Positions 11,511 to 23,286 of a DNA stretch of 64,000 bases are shown here, piece after piece. The first letter of the stretch is position 1, and each line of letters begins with the position of its first letter. The notes below the pieces were generated by a model. The model had not been told where the DNA came from and did not search any database. It saw nothing but the letters and a program-made list of their open reading frames with translations. A program made the position numbers and the translations under genes. The stretch spans positions 25,298,001 to 25,362,000 of the forward strand of contig CM052817.1 in NCBI GenBank assembly GCA_028534125.1. Direction: 5' to 3'. The stretch is from Lama glama (taxonomy: Eukaryota).

Positions 11511-12404
11511 AAGAGGGAGGAGAGAGGGAGAAAGAGAAGGAGTGACAAGGAGAGGATGGACGGAAAGAAGGAAGAAAAGAAGGGAGAGAGGAAGGGAGGG
11601 ATTGCAAACGCAGCAGGGCCACAATTCTATCCCAGCTCTGGCTCCTTTAAAGGTCCAAACTCTTCCTCCTCCACAGCACTGTCCTTCAGGCTCATCAAAG
11701 CGTGTGCACAGCTCTGGAAATGACTTCTGGGAAGGAAAATGCATACCCATGTGTAGTCTGCTTGGGAAGACTGTAAATCCTCCTCATTCTGTGAACAGTT
11801 CCCCCTTGGACATAATGACGTGCCATCGAGAGCAAGTAGTCTAGGCCAGCGAGAGCAGTACCCACAGTGGAACACATCCCCAGCCTCTAGGGTTCCCACA
11901 CCCCACCCCATCTAGCCATGCTGATCCTCCCCACCTAGGACTGAGACAGTCCCAGCCTTCCCCTGCGCTTGGCCTCTAGGGAGACACTGAGGCCTGTCTG
12001 TCCAACTCAGTGTGGAAAAACTCCTTGTCCTCTTTGCTTAGCCAGATCAAGATTGGCGGCACTCTAAAGAAATTTTTACTAATGAAACTAAGAAAGGAAA
12101 CACAAAAATAGCTTCCCAGAAGACTAAAATTGGATGAGCTGAGTATATTCTGCTAAACCACACTTACCTAAACTGAGACAGGTAGCGCAGCTTACGAGGT
12201 GAACTTCCACATTGTGCTCCTTTACCCTGAATGCTGAATGCTAAACTAAGAGTCAGAGTTTTCCTCCCAAGGAGATTTAGGTTGGCAAGATTTCCCAATC
12301 TCATGAGAGTCCTAATCTCTCTCAGAACCCCTCCCTGGTCCCCCAGCTCACACCCAAACTGTCTGCTCTGACTCTGAGCGGTAGTAAGTTCTCTCCTTCG
12401 CAAC

Positions 12405-12557
12405 CAGGGCCAGTTTCATGGGGGTTTGACCGGTGCAGTTGCTCAGGGCCTCGTGCTCAGAAGGGCACCTTGCTTGGTTGGGGTTGAACTTTCTGCAGTC
12501 GCTGTCTTGAAATCCTTAATGATTTGCTGTTTGAATTTGTTTTTTGGAAGTGAAGCC
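12405..12557 (+). mobile_element. MER91-type hAT-Tip100 relic (5' part), followed by a MIR fragment to about 12650
   Basis: cagggccagtttcatggg..tgcagttgctcagggcctcgtgctcagaagggcacc..gctgtcttgaaatccttaat. Confidence 0.75.
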
Positions 12558-13747
12558 ATAAATATTTTATACACAGTTACAGAGCAGATAAGGAATAGAC
12601 CCAGGATTCAAACCCAGATCGGTATGTGCCCTTAACCAGTACGCTCAGAGGGAGAAGGTCTCAGAGGAGAGATCCCTTAGAGGGAGCAGGGCAGGGGAGA
12701 GACCCCAGAGAGGGAGGGACCCAAACAGGACATGGAGAATGGATGGGCTGGAGGAAGAAAAGAGGAGAGAAAGAGCTACTGAATCAGAATCTCCCAAAGT
12801 GGGGCCCATTTTTTAACAGCCGTGATTCTGCTATAGGCTTAAATTCAAGAACGGCTGAATTAGTTACTGTGTTTCAAATGCTTAGAGAACTGTGCTTGCC
12901 ACACGCTAACTGCTCCATCAGTGTGAAATATTATTAATAGCTGCAGGCCCACGGATCTTCACCTGAGGCTTTGACCCCACCCAGGTCCTGCCCTGGTTTC
13001 CTGAGTCCCTTAGGAGTCTCCACCCTGACCATGTGCGGCGCCTGCCTTCCTGCCTGTCTCTTCGGGCCTTCGGAAACCTCCCCTGACCAGTTTGCCCAGC
13101 CCAGGGAGATTCTGGCCCAGCTGCCTGCTGGGCCTGGAGGCTGTCCTGAAGCACAGCTTACCTGGTGGGGCCCACATCCTTCCAGGTCCAGTCTTGGCCA
13201 AAGAGGTTTTCCTGGGGTGAATCTGGTTCTTGTCTAGGGTTTTGAATGGGAAAATGACTCCGCCTTACTTAAACCACCCTCTGGCCCCTGCTGGAGGACT
13301 CAGTCAGGGTGCTGCCTCAGAAGTGTTCCTTCTCATGCAAACAAAGCTGTTTTGAATGAACTGAATAAAATAAATGGATGTGGTTTTTGTTTGTTTGTTT
13401 TTAGCTATTTTGGGAGCCATCAGGTTGGACCATTTCAGCTGCAGAATCCACTGACCTAGCCATTGTCAACTATTTACTTAGAACAAATAAAAACTAAATG
13501 AACTGTTCAAGTTTAAAATGTGCATGGCATCACTTTGCTGCCACGGTGATTATGACAATGTGAACTAGCTCCGTTGACCTGGGCCACAAGAAAATACAAC
13601 CAATGCCAGCTCAGCAATGTCTAGATCTAGACATCTCCTTCCTGGAGTCATTCTTCTGCAAGGCCTCCCAGAGGGGGTTTAGAGAGTTCTGGAGACAGAA
13701 TGCTAGGAATAGCCAGCTTAAATCAGGGCTAGATGAGGAGCCAGCTT

Positions 13748-13840
13748 CATGGTCACCATTTTGAAATTTGTAATAATTTTTGAACAAGAAGCCCTGTATT
13801 TTCATTTTGCACTGGGCCAAATTATGTAGCTGGTCTCACT
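13748..13840 (+). mobile_element. MER91A-type 3' end
   Basis: ttgaaatttgtaataatttttgaacaagaagccctgtattttcattttgcactgggccaaattatgtagctggtc. Confidence 0.75.
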
Positions 13841-13994
13841 GAGACCTCTGAGTTGGTGGATGGGTGTGTGTGTGTGAAGAACCAAGGAACAAAAGTCAGG
13901 GATGTGAGTCATGCCCTGCAGCAGCCTCCTCCATTTGCTGAGTTCTGGACTTTAAGCTCCATGGCCCTTAATGGACAATATCACCTCATGAGAC

Positions 13995-14270
13995 TATGGT
14001 GTCATCTTGTAGTAAGAAGAGTGCAAACTCAGATAGACCTGGAGCCTCACAGATCTGGTTGAAAACTCAACTCTACAATGGATCAGCCCTGGTGACTCTG
14101 GACAAATGCCCCCACCACTGTATGCCTCTGTTTGCTCATCTATAAAATGGCAAAACCAACACACGTTGGATCTTGCAGGTCTCAGAGGGATACGTGAAAA
14201 TCAAGTAAGGAAATGGGTAGAGTGCCCAGAAGGGTACCCAGGACACGGTGAGTGCCTGGTGAACGTCTGC
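13995..14270 (+). mobile_element. MIR SINE
   Basis: gtgactctggacaa..tatgcctctgtttgctcatctataaaatgg..caggacacggtgagtgc. Confidence 0.7.
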
Positions 14271-15039
14271 TTTAAATACGTAAGGTTATACTTTCACCAA
14301 GAGTTCTTTAACAGAATATGATGAGACCAGAAAATTTGTGCTAGATTATACAAAAGGGCAAACACTGGTGACTTTGACTTCTCTGTCTCAGAGAAGGCTC
14401 TGTGAGAAGTGACTCTTCTTTATTACCTCGTATTGTTACTGCTGGTTCAAATGTTTTGTTGCTGTTGTTGCTGTTTTTATTGTAAATCTACTGTAATGGG
14501 AGCCAAAGCTTTTGACCTTACATTCAGAGTGAGCAGGATTTTGTAGGAAAAAGGAATGGGGTGGGTGGAGCTGTGGGGACAGGCCCTGTAAGGGAGGCCA
14601 GGTGAGCCAAGCTCTGCCCAGACGTTGTCGGGTCAGCATGTAGGATCTGGCCCCAGGAAACGTGACCATCTTCACGGTTTGCATTTTCTTTCTGTTCTAG
14701 AGAGTTGGGGAGAGGTTGGAGTGTTTATCTTCATTGGCTAAGTAAAGCCTCTTTTGACAGATTTTTACAGCAGATTGAGATTTGCCTTATTCTGCATCAA
14801 GATGGCTGAGAGGTCAGAGTGAGCCCAGAGGGTAGAGAAAATGGTGACTGCTATTGTGACCCTCTCCCCCTACAACCCCCAACCACCCCCTCTTCCTCTG
14901 TGGCCAGAGGAAGAGAGGGATGGGCTAGCCAAAAAGACTGATTCAGCCAACTCCTAAGGTCTTCTCTCAAGGGATAAATTTGGCTCAGTCCATCACAAAT
15001 AAAAAATCCAAGCAAAAGAAAATTTTACAGTCCTCAGCT

Positions 15040-15600
15040 TTCCCTCGTAGTCGGGCTAAAGGTCTGCAGTATTCTCAGTCGCATCCCCTTTGCCAGTGAA
15101 AATTCTTAGGCAAGACCGAGGCTATTTTAGAAGATGTTTACGCCGGTCCCTCCCAGGAAGTTACCTGAGGAGTCAGGCTGAGGAAGCTCCCCGTGTGCCA
15201 GGTGGCCACGCATTATGCTTGTTAATCACATCATTCATGGCGAGATTCTAAGGATATTCATGTGGATGACATACTTAGTTCTGATACAATCGCCAGTGAT
15301 TTGGTGAGGACGTTTTAAAAGGCACAGTAAAGCTTTTTAGACATAAGTAGAGCCAGTTTCTTTAGCAAGCACTTCAACTGCTAAATACTACCTTAGTGAC
15401 GCTAAAACAGTAGACATTTCAAAGATTCCCAAACTAAAACATCCAAGTGAACCTTAACTGGTGTTAAAGGAAAAACAACCAGTTAATACCCTGTTACTGA
15501 CTGTCGGAAATTCTGGTGATGTAGCTTCCCTGTCCCCAGGCACCGAGGGCGCTATCTACAGAAGATAAGTGACTCAGAGCCAGCCCAGCCAAGCCCTGAT
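15040..15600. promoter_or_regulatory. Candidate enhancer-like unique sequence
   Basis: No recognisable repeat; modest local CpG enrichment; MEF2-like gctattttag (15121), ETS caggaagt (15154), E-box caggtg, adjacent GATA agataag (15563) and AP-1 tgactca (15570). Confidence 0.3.
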
Positions 15601-16599
15601 TCATGATCCCCCCAACTCCACCCCTCTGGCCCCCCAAAAGAAAAAACAGAATTTCCTGGAGCAGCTGAACTCTAGCTACTCTGTATCCCACTCAATCACT
15701 CAGCCTTCTGGTGCGTCTTCTCCTTCTCTGCATGTTGTTCCACCAAGCTGGGTCACGTATATCATGCACCTTTCAAGTCAGACATGTGATCCTGTGGCCC
15801 TGCTTGATTTACATCCATGTTCATGGCACTTTGCTTAAAGATGCTTTCTGACAGCATTGGGAGTGGCTGAAGTTCCTTGAAACCCAGCCCATTTTTCCTA
15901 CTCCTCTCTCCCTTTTCAACCGAGAGTTGTCTATTTTTGCTTATTTTTAGCAAAGATCTATTTAATGGGAGCTGAAGGACTGGGTTGCATAATCAAGAGT
16001 CAGAGCAGGCAGACTCCATCCAGAAAGAAACAGCACAAGGGAACCCTGCTCAAGACCAACCTCCCTGCACATGAGGGTATCCCTGCTCCTCCAGGGATTG
16101 GCACTCAAGGTTAAACTGTTTGCTAACATCTCCATCTGGTTCCCTTAATATCCTATTTGCCCCAGGAAACTTGGCTACCTTAAAACAAAGTTTACATTTC
16201 CCAAGAGACAGGTTATAAAATGAAATCTTTTTCACTTTGGGCATTTGTTTGGCACAGGATCCCCCCACCACCCCCTCACCCACCCCACCCCCAAACCTTG
16301 TTTTTCCACAAACATCTAGCGGCATTACTAATTAATTATCCCACTGAAGCAAGAACAATGTGAGGAAGATGTACTTAGATCCAGCAGATAATCACATGGC
16401 CAGATTAAATTGAATTCTGCCTAGAACTCTTTCAATACAGCACTTAAGAATCTAATTCTGGCTTCAGAGTAAGCCATAAAACAGGTCATTTAAACAAATG
16501 AAAAAAAAAAAACACCTAAGATATTACACACCGTTTGTGTGACATGGTGTGAGCAGTAAAATGTTGACCAAGTCTGGGGCAGACGAGGGCCACGATCTC

Positions 16600-16930
16600 A
16601 GCAGACCCTGACACTGCGACGCTCAGTCTGCCACAGAAGGGACGCAGACACCACTCTCTGCTGTCCCTGAGTCGTAGGTCCTCTCTTATAAAATGCAAAA
16701 TAGCAGCTGATGACCCAAGGCCCACTCTCGTAACATGGCGGCTGATTACCAGGTGCCCTGTTTATGGTTCTCAAACTGCTTTCCTTGGCTTGAAGTCCAG
16801 TCACCTCGCCAGCATAAATGAGTTGAGTCTAGCCAAGCCAATGAAAGGCGGGCACTTAAGAGACTGTCACACCCAGTCCCAGCCCCACCCCAGGGCAGGC
16901 TTGGCCCCGGCCCCACCTGATCAAGCTACT
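16600..16930. promoter_or_regulatory. Candidate promoter-like element
   Basis: tataaaa (16687), E-box cagctg (16704), YY1 consensus aacatggcgg (16732-16741), CCAAT (16838), GC-box-like aggcggg (16846), KLF/SP ccccaccc (16883) and ggccccggcccc. Confidence 0.4.
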
Positions 16931-17849
16931 GATTTGTCCTCAGGCAGGGACCTACAGAGCGCTCTGCGAGGCGCCCTTGTTAGGACTTGTCACTCCCGGG
17001 GACTAAGCGGGCCACCACTGCTGGGGTTTGTCTCTGGGGGCTATAAGGGCACAAGAATTGCAACAGCTATGGCTTACTGTGTCCCTAAGCACCTCACTGA
17101 TCTTGATGGTAATGACAACAATGGAAAAAAATATTACCAATATATCTGAAATGTTCAAGGATGTTTCCCCAAGGTTCAGCTGGGTGTGGTTTTTACTTAA
17201 TCTTGTCAGGATTACATGAAAACCTGCTTGTTAATTTTTAAACGTTAAGAATGACAGTTGATTGGTTACATAAGGGTTGTTTCTTAAGAATTATTGTTTC
17301 TAAGCATGTATTTATTTAATCTTTTTAAAATTAAGCTTGTGATTTTCACAACTCATAATGTCAAATACAAGTTACCTGCTTTGATCTTAATATGGTACAT
17401 TAAGGTGTTTCTAAGAGTTGTATGCATTTCTGAAGTTTTATTTAATTAAATCAGGTACTGTATTTTTGAATGTTCACTTACTGCAAAGTTTAAAAGTTTT
17501 AAGATGCATAAAAATAGCTGATCCATATGTTAGAAACTGTAAGAAACGCAGAAAAAAATTCTACTGAAGATCCAATGAATTCTGACTGCAATGCTAGTCT
17601 GCAAAATGGAAGGAAGGCAGAGAACTTTGAAGAAAGAATGGAATAACAGGAAATAGCAAAAGCAAAATTGGGAGGATCCTGAAGAATTAGAAACATGAAA
17701 TACTAATGATGCTCAAGTTGTAATCAGTGAGGAAGGAGATAACATAAGAAAGTTCCTTATGAATGGGAACAAGATATTGGAGAGAAATACTAAACATATC
17801 AAATAAAATATCAAATTTTTACATGATGGAAGTGTTTCACTCAATTCAT

Positions 17850-18246
17850 TGTAAGTCAGAGACTAGCCAGATATTCACCAAACCCATTTTCCTCTTCTTC
17901 CTGGCACACAGCTAGACTACATTTCCCAGACTTCCTTGCAGTTAGCTGTGACCATGTGACTAAGTTCCAGTCAATGGAATGTGGGTCAGAAGATCTGTTC
18001 AGCACACCAAGGCTTGGCTGTAAGGCCTCCCATGCAATTCTCTATGCTCTTTCTCTCTTTACTCATCTCCAAGCCAAATGCTGAGGATTCAGTGGTGGAC
18101 TCTTGGCCTCAAGAGCATAGTGGAGCTGCTGGATGAAAAGCACCGATCCTGCCAATCCAAGTTGGACTACAAGGCAAACATGAAATGAACCTCTGTTGTA
18201 TTAGCCGCTGAGCTATGGGGCTTGTTAGACTAGCCCAACTAACACA
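17850..18246 (+). mobile_element. MaLR solo LTR (MLT1I/J-like)
   Basis: ttcctggcacacagctagactacatttcccagacttccttgcagttagctgtgaccatgtgactaagttccagtcaatggaatgtggg; TG...CA ends. Confidence 0.85.
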
Positions 18247-18659
18247 CACTGAGGAAACACCTCTTTAGGCTAATGAGTGTAAGATACATCCAAGGCAAAG
18301 TCACTAGGCTACTTGTATCAGGGCACATTTTGGGCACCATCACTGGTGCAAGGTTATTTCACCCCTTGTCTTTAGCCAGGGACAATTTTAGGTTGTTCTT
18401 GTGAAGGTTTGATTATTGGACCCTTCAACATCTTGGACTGGTGAAGAACAAGATTATTCATTACGCTTAAAATAAAGAAAATAAACTAATAAACAAATTG
18501 AATGAGTGAATGAATGAATGTGTGGCTATTTTATTATTAACAATTAAGGATACTAGTATAGTTATAGTTTTGTTTTTAAAACCATTAAATATTTATCAAA
18601 TAACACAGAAGAGGGAAACATGAAATTTACCAAAGACCGTGTTCTCTCAAACCTGTATA

Positions 18660-18870
18660 CTGTCTCCTGTGGGAATTTTCTCCATCCCCTAGACTTAAAA
18701 TAATAATAATCTATGTGTTGGCAATACTCAGATCTCTATCTCTAGCCAGATCTGTATCTCCAGCCCAGATTCTTCTCCTCAAAGTTAAATTATATACACT
18801 TCCTGGAAAATTTCACTTGTGTGCCCAACATAACAGGCACTCAAATGAGTGAGTTATTGAGCTACAAAGG
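18660..18870 (+). mobile_element. L2 relic
   Basis: tccatcccctagacttaaa..atctatgtgttggcaatactcagatctctatctctagcc. Confidence 0.6.
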
Positions 18871-18897
18871 ACTAATAGAAATTACCTTTAATAGAGA

Positions 18898-19200
18898 CTG
18901 TTGATTATCTTCTCAGCATCAGCCCCCCTCCACCCACTTTTCCTTCCAAGGAAAGCCCAGATTTGTGCCTACGGTTTCCCACACAGCAATGTCCCTAGGG
19001 GCAGCTGACCCCATTCTCAACTCCTGGGGTGGTATGTTTGGGCTAAGGGTAATCTGATTGGTTCAGGAGCGGGCATCTGCCAATGGGATGTGAAGAGTTC
19101 TCTGCTGGCAAGTTTCTGGGCAAAGTTTCCTTATTCTTTAGAGAGAAATACAAGAGAAGACAAAGAAGGAAAAAAAAATCACAAGAGAATGCATATCTAG
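18898..19200 (+). mobile_element. MaLR LTR fragment (MLT1K/L-like)
   Basis: gcagctgacccca..ccaatgggatgtgaagag..tctgggcaaagtttcc. Confidence 0.5.
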
Positions 19201-19295
19201 AGTAGAGCACAGAGATTAAGTTAGGGCTTTGTTCTGATTTATTTTGTTTCATTCCTGTGGGTTTTTTGGGGGTTTTTTTTAGCTTTATGATTACC

Positions 19296-20388
19296 TTTTT
19301 TCCTTCCAGTTTTATTGAAATAAAATTATTGCACTGTGTAAGTCTAAGGTATACAGCCTAATGATTTGATTTTCATATAGCATGAAGTGATTATCACAGT
19401 AAGTTGAATGAACCTCTACCATCTCTTGTAGATGCAAAATTAAAGAGATAAGAAAATATTTTTCTCCTTGTGACGAGAATTAGGATGAACTCTCTTAACA
19501 ATATTCATATACAATGTACAGCCGTGTTAATTATATTCATCATGTTGCACATTACATCCTTAATACTTACCTATCTTATAACTGGAAGTTTGTACCTTTC
19601 ATCCACATTTATCCAATTTCCCTTTCCCCCACCCCTGCCTCTGGTATCCAGAAATGTGATCTCTTTTTCTATGAGTCTGTTTGTTTGTTTTTGAAATATA
19701 ACTGACCTATAACACTATGTTAGTTCCCGCTATACACCATAGTGATTTCATATTTCTATACATTTCAAACTGATCACCATGATAAATCTAGTTCTGATCT
19801 GTCACCATACAAAGATATTATAATTATTGACCATATTCCCCACACTGTACATTTCATACTAATGAATTATTTATTTTGCAGCTGGAATTTTGTAACTTAG
19901 TCTCCCTCATCTACTTCTTTCCTCCCCTTTCTAGCCCCCTCCACTCTGGCAACCACTTGTTTGTTCTCTATATGTATAACTTTATTTATATTTTATTATA
20001 TTTGTTCATTTGTGCTTTTTTATTCCACATATAAGTAAAGTAATACAGTATTCATCTTTCTCTGTATAGCTTATTTCACCTAGCAAAATACCCTCTAGGT
20101 CCACCCGCAAATGGCAAGGTTTCATTCTTTTCCATGGTCGGGTAATATTCCATTGAATATACACACCACATCTTCTTTATCCATTCATTTATTGATGGAC
20201 AGTTAGGTTGCTTTCGTATCTTGGCTATTGTAAATAATGCTACAGTGAACATAGGGGTGCATATATCTTTTCTGTTTAGTTTTTCATTTTCTTTGGATGA
20301 TACCACCAGGAGTGGTATTGCTAGATCAGAAGGTAGTTCCATTACTAATTTTCTGAAAAACCTCCATACTGTTTTCCATAGTAGCTGC
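19296..20388 (-). mobile_element. LINE-1 3' region (L1MA9/laurasiatherian type) with ORF2 C-terminus and two stacked 3'UTR modules
   Basis: ORF 20393-20076: [51 protein letters not shown]; 3'UTR-like modules at about 19296-19690 and 19690-20030. Confidence 0.9.
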
Positions 20389-20484
20389 TTCATTCCTGTA
20401 TTTTCAATGTTTCTCTGTTATTTTGCTTTAAGATATTTCTTTTAAAACACATGGCTGGATTTCTAAAAATCTAATTTGATTATA

Positions 20485-20974
20485 CAAAACTTCTCAACTT
20501 ATGATGGGGTTACATCCCAATAAGCCCATCATTAGTTGAAAATATGAAGCTGAAAATGCAGTTAATACACCTAACTTACAGAACACCCTGGCTTAGCCTA
20601 GCCTATTTGATCACACTCAGAACGCTTCTATTAGCCTCCAGTTGGATAACACCTAACACAAAACTTATCTGACAATGAAGTGTTACATATCTCATGTAAT
20701 TTATTGACTACTGTACTGAAAGTGAACAACAGAATGGTTGTCCAGGTATAGAATGGTTGTAAGCATATCAGTTTTTCTCCTCTGTGATCACGTGGCTGGT
20801 TGGGAACTGCAGCTCCCTGCCCAGCATCATGAAAGAGTATCATATCAGGTACTACCAGGGAAAGATCAAAATTCAAAATTCAAAGTACAGTTTCTACTGA
20901 ATGCTCTATCACTTTAACATCATAGTAAAGTAAAAAAATCATAAGTTGAACCATCGGGAGTCGGGGACTGTCTG
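20485..20974 (+). mobile_element. Tigger5/MER47-type non-autonomous TcMar-Tigger element
   Basis: caacttatgatggggttacatcccaataagcccatc...catcgggagtcggggactgtctg; TA on both sides (20483-84, 20975-76). Confidence 0.85.
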
Positions 20975-21689
20975 TACTTGATTTTCAATGCAGTCGTGTA
21001 TGTTTTTCAATATATTTTCTACCAATTGCATCGCTTTGGTATGAGAGGCAGGTGCTCAATTCACCATCTTGAAACTATGAGTCATATCAACCATGAAATC
21101 TTTATATATTTTTAAATTTTATGTAAACTTTATCATTAAAAGTCACAATAATATGTGTGTATTGAAATGGTGTCAGAATACATTTTATCTTTTTTTGTGT
21201 AGGAAGAATTCCAAAGTAAATAGATTATTAATGAAACTATTAGGACAGTGACATTGGGATAACATTCTAGGTACTTATAAGATTTTCTCTTTTTCTCAAA
21301 GATTTTAAAGAAGTTAATAAAGTAAACCCTTAATTTCATTGACCATTAATGAAGTAAAACTATTGTCTGATTTCATTTACCAGAATTTTATTTAAGCAAA
21401 TGAAATAAATTTACCAAGTGATGAAAAATTTCAACCCTTGCTTTCTTGATACTTTGGTACACTTAGTAACAACTGTGCCACTAAAGGGGGAATATAAGGA
21501 TGCCATTTGACAAAGCTTGAAAGAACAGAACTTGAGTTCAGAAATAACATCATCTCACAAATTTGAACCAGGAAAAGAATTCAACAGTTTCACAAAACCC
21601 TCAAGGCCTAACTGACGTTTGAAAAAAGTCTCCAAGCACCCACAGCTTTCTGTAGAAAGTCAGGAAGCTCTTTTTTGGTTCTAGTTATT

Positions 21690-21910
21690 TTCAAGCTGAT
21701 TTTAACGGGGTCCTTGTGTCTCATATGGTGACCTTTGGGGCCACTGGGGTGTTAAGGGATGGGAAGAGAGTAAGTGTCACTTTGGCCACATCACCACTTC
21801 AACTCAGATAACATCACTTTTCATTCATCTGTTTTATATAAGGTTTTACTTGAAAAAATGACTGTTACCAAAAAAAAAAAAGAGAGAGAAAGAGAAAGAG
21901 CTGGTCTGGT
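21690..21910. mobile_element. hAT-Charlie-like MER relic
   Basis: atctgttttatataaggttttacttgaaaaaa terminus; similar to 1290-1492. Confidence 0.4.
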
Positions 21911-22397
21911 CTAAAATTTCTATCTTCAGCATAACTCAACCTGTTTTTATAGGCTTATAAAATGTGTTCTCTTTCAAACAGCTTCAGAAAACGGATTTTC
22001 CTTCAGGTTCTAGAGACTCCCATTTCTTGGTGGGGAATTCTTTAGTGTTTCCAGCCCAGTCTATCTATACTCAGCTATCAACGACCATGCATCTTTTTCA
22101 TAATAACCCTCATTTATTTGAATATGATTATTCAACTACTGCTTCGCCTTCTCTGTTTCAGGTCAGATCACTCCCACGTCATTTTATCCCTTTGTACAGA
22201 TCTCACTTCACTCATTTAAATCACCTCTGTCAGATCCTCTTCTCTCTGAAACATCTCCAAATTTTTTATCTCCTTCTTCAATTTATTGAAGTCACAATGA
22301 CATCCCCTGAGGCTCAGTAGGTGGAAAGGAAAAGCCATCCTTCTACTCAGCTTCTTCAGGCTTTAATTTGATTCTCTCACCCTTCGAGATCACCTTG

Positions 22398-22835
22398 ATG
22401 ATGGCAGAGGGTTAAAGATGGAAACAAATTCTTTGACTCTCTTCCCATTGAAGTGTGATTAATTTCCCCTCCTCTCAAGTCTGAGCTGGGCTGCAACTAG
22501 CCAGTGACCCACACAGAACAGCAGTGTGATACTTTGCCAGGTTTGGACTCAGCCTGCAACAGGACTGGCAACTTTCATCTTGGCCTCTTGGAACACTTGG
22601 AACACTCAAGCGGAAGTTGGCCATCACGTAAAAAAAAAAACAATCAGGCTACCCTGAAATGACCATGTTGTAAGGAGGTCCCAGCTGTCATGTGGAGAGG
22701 TCACATCACCCACAATGCCCCATCACCCCTAGATCTTCTAGCCATGTCAACCCAAGGCACCATGAAACCTACTAATGAATTGCTGTGCTGTGTCTAACTT
22801 TTCAAGCGGTTTATTATGCAGCAAGATGACCAGAA
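22398..22835 (+). mobile_element. MaLR solo LTR (MLT1F/G/H-like)
   Basis: ttaaagatggaaacaaattctttgactctcttcccattga..ctaccctgaaatgaccatgttgtaaggagg..ggtttattatgcagcaagatgaccagaa. Confidence 0.8.
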
Positions 22836-23032
22836 TGGTGGGACTTTTTTCACCTTTGTGTTTACTCTCCTTTCCTCTTCCCAGGGATCTTCCTGGATGC
22901 TGACACTAGGGCCCCCATAACCAAAGGGGATCATCCTAAGGATTCCAAGAATTAGCCCTACCTTATCCAGCAGCATGAACTTGTCCTCCTTCTTGCCTTA
23001 TGTCTTTTAAAAATCTGTTTTTCAAGAATACC

Positions 23033-23286
23033 CTGACATTTGCAAAGGTTAACCACTATATATAAAAATAGTTTAAAAAAATACAAATTTCTTCTGTATA
23101 GCACAGGGAACTATCTTCAATATCGTGTAATAACCTTTAATGAAAAATAATATGAAAATGAATATATGCATATATGTGTGTGGCTGGGATATTATGCTAT
23201 ACATCAGAAATTGACAAATTGTAACTGACTATATTTCAATAAAAATTAATTAATTAATTAATTAAAAGAACAAAAAATAAATAAAA
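23033..23286 (+). mobile_element. 5'-truncated LINE-1 3' end (cetartiodactyl type) with (TTAA)n/A tail
   Basis: ctgtatagcacagggaactatcttcaatatc..aataaa; candidate TSD aagaatacc at 23024-23032 and 23287-23295. Confidence 0.85.

Noticed and set aside
21136..21339. Minus-strand ORF with YPNV resembling a hAT dimerisation-domain motif
   Set aside because: The downstream ERxFS-type motif is absent and the sequence is AT-rich and low in complexity; support is insufficient.
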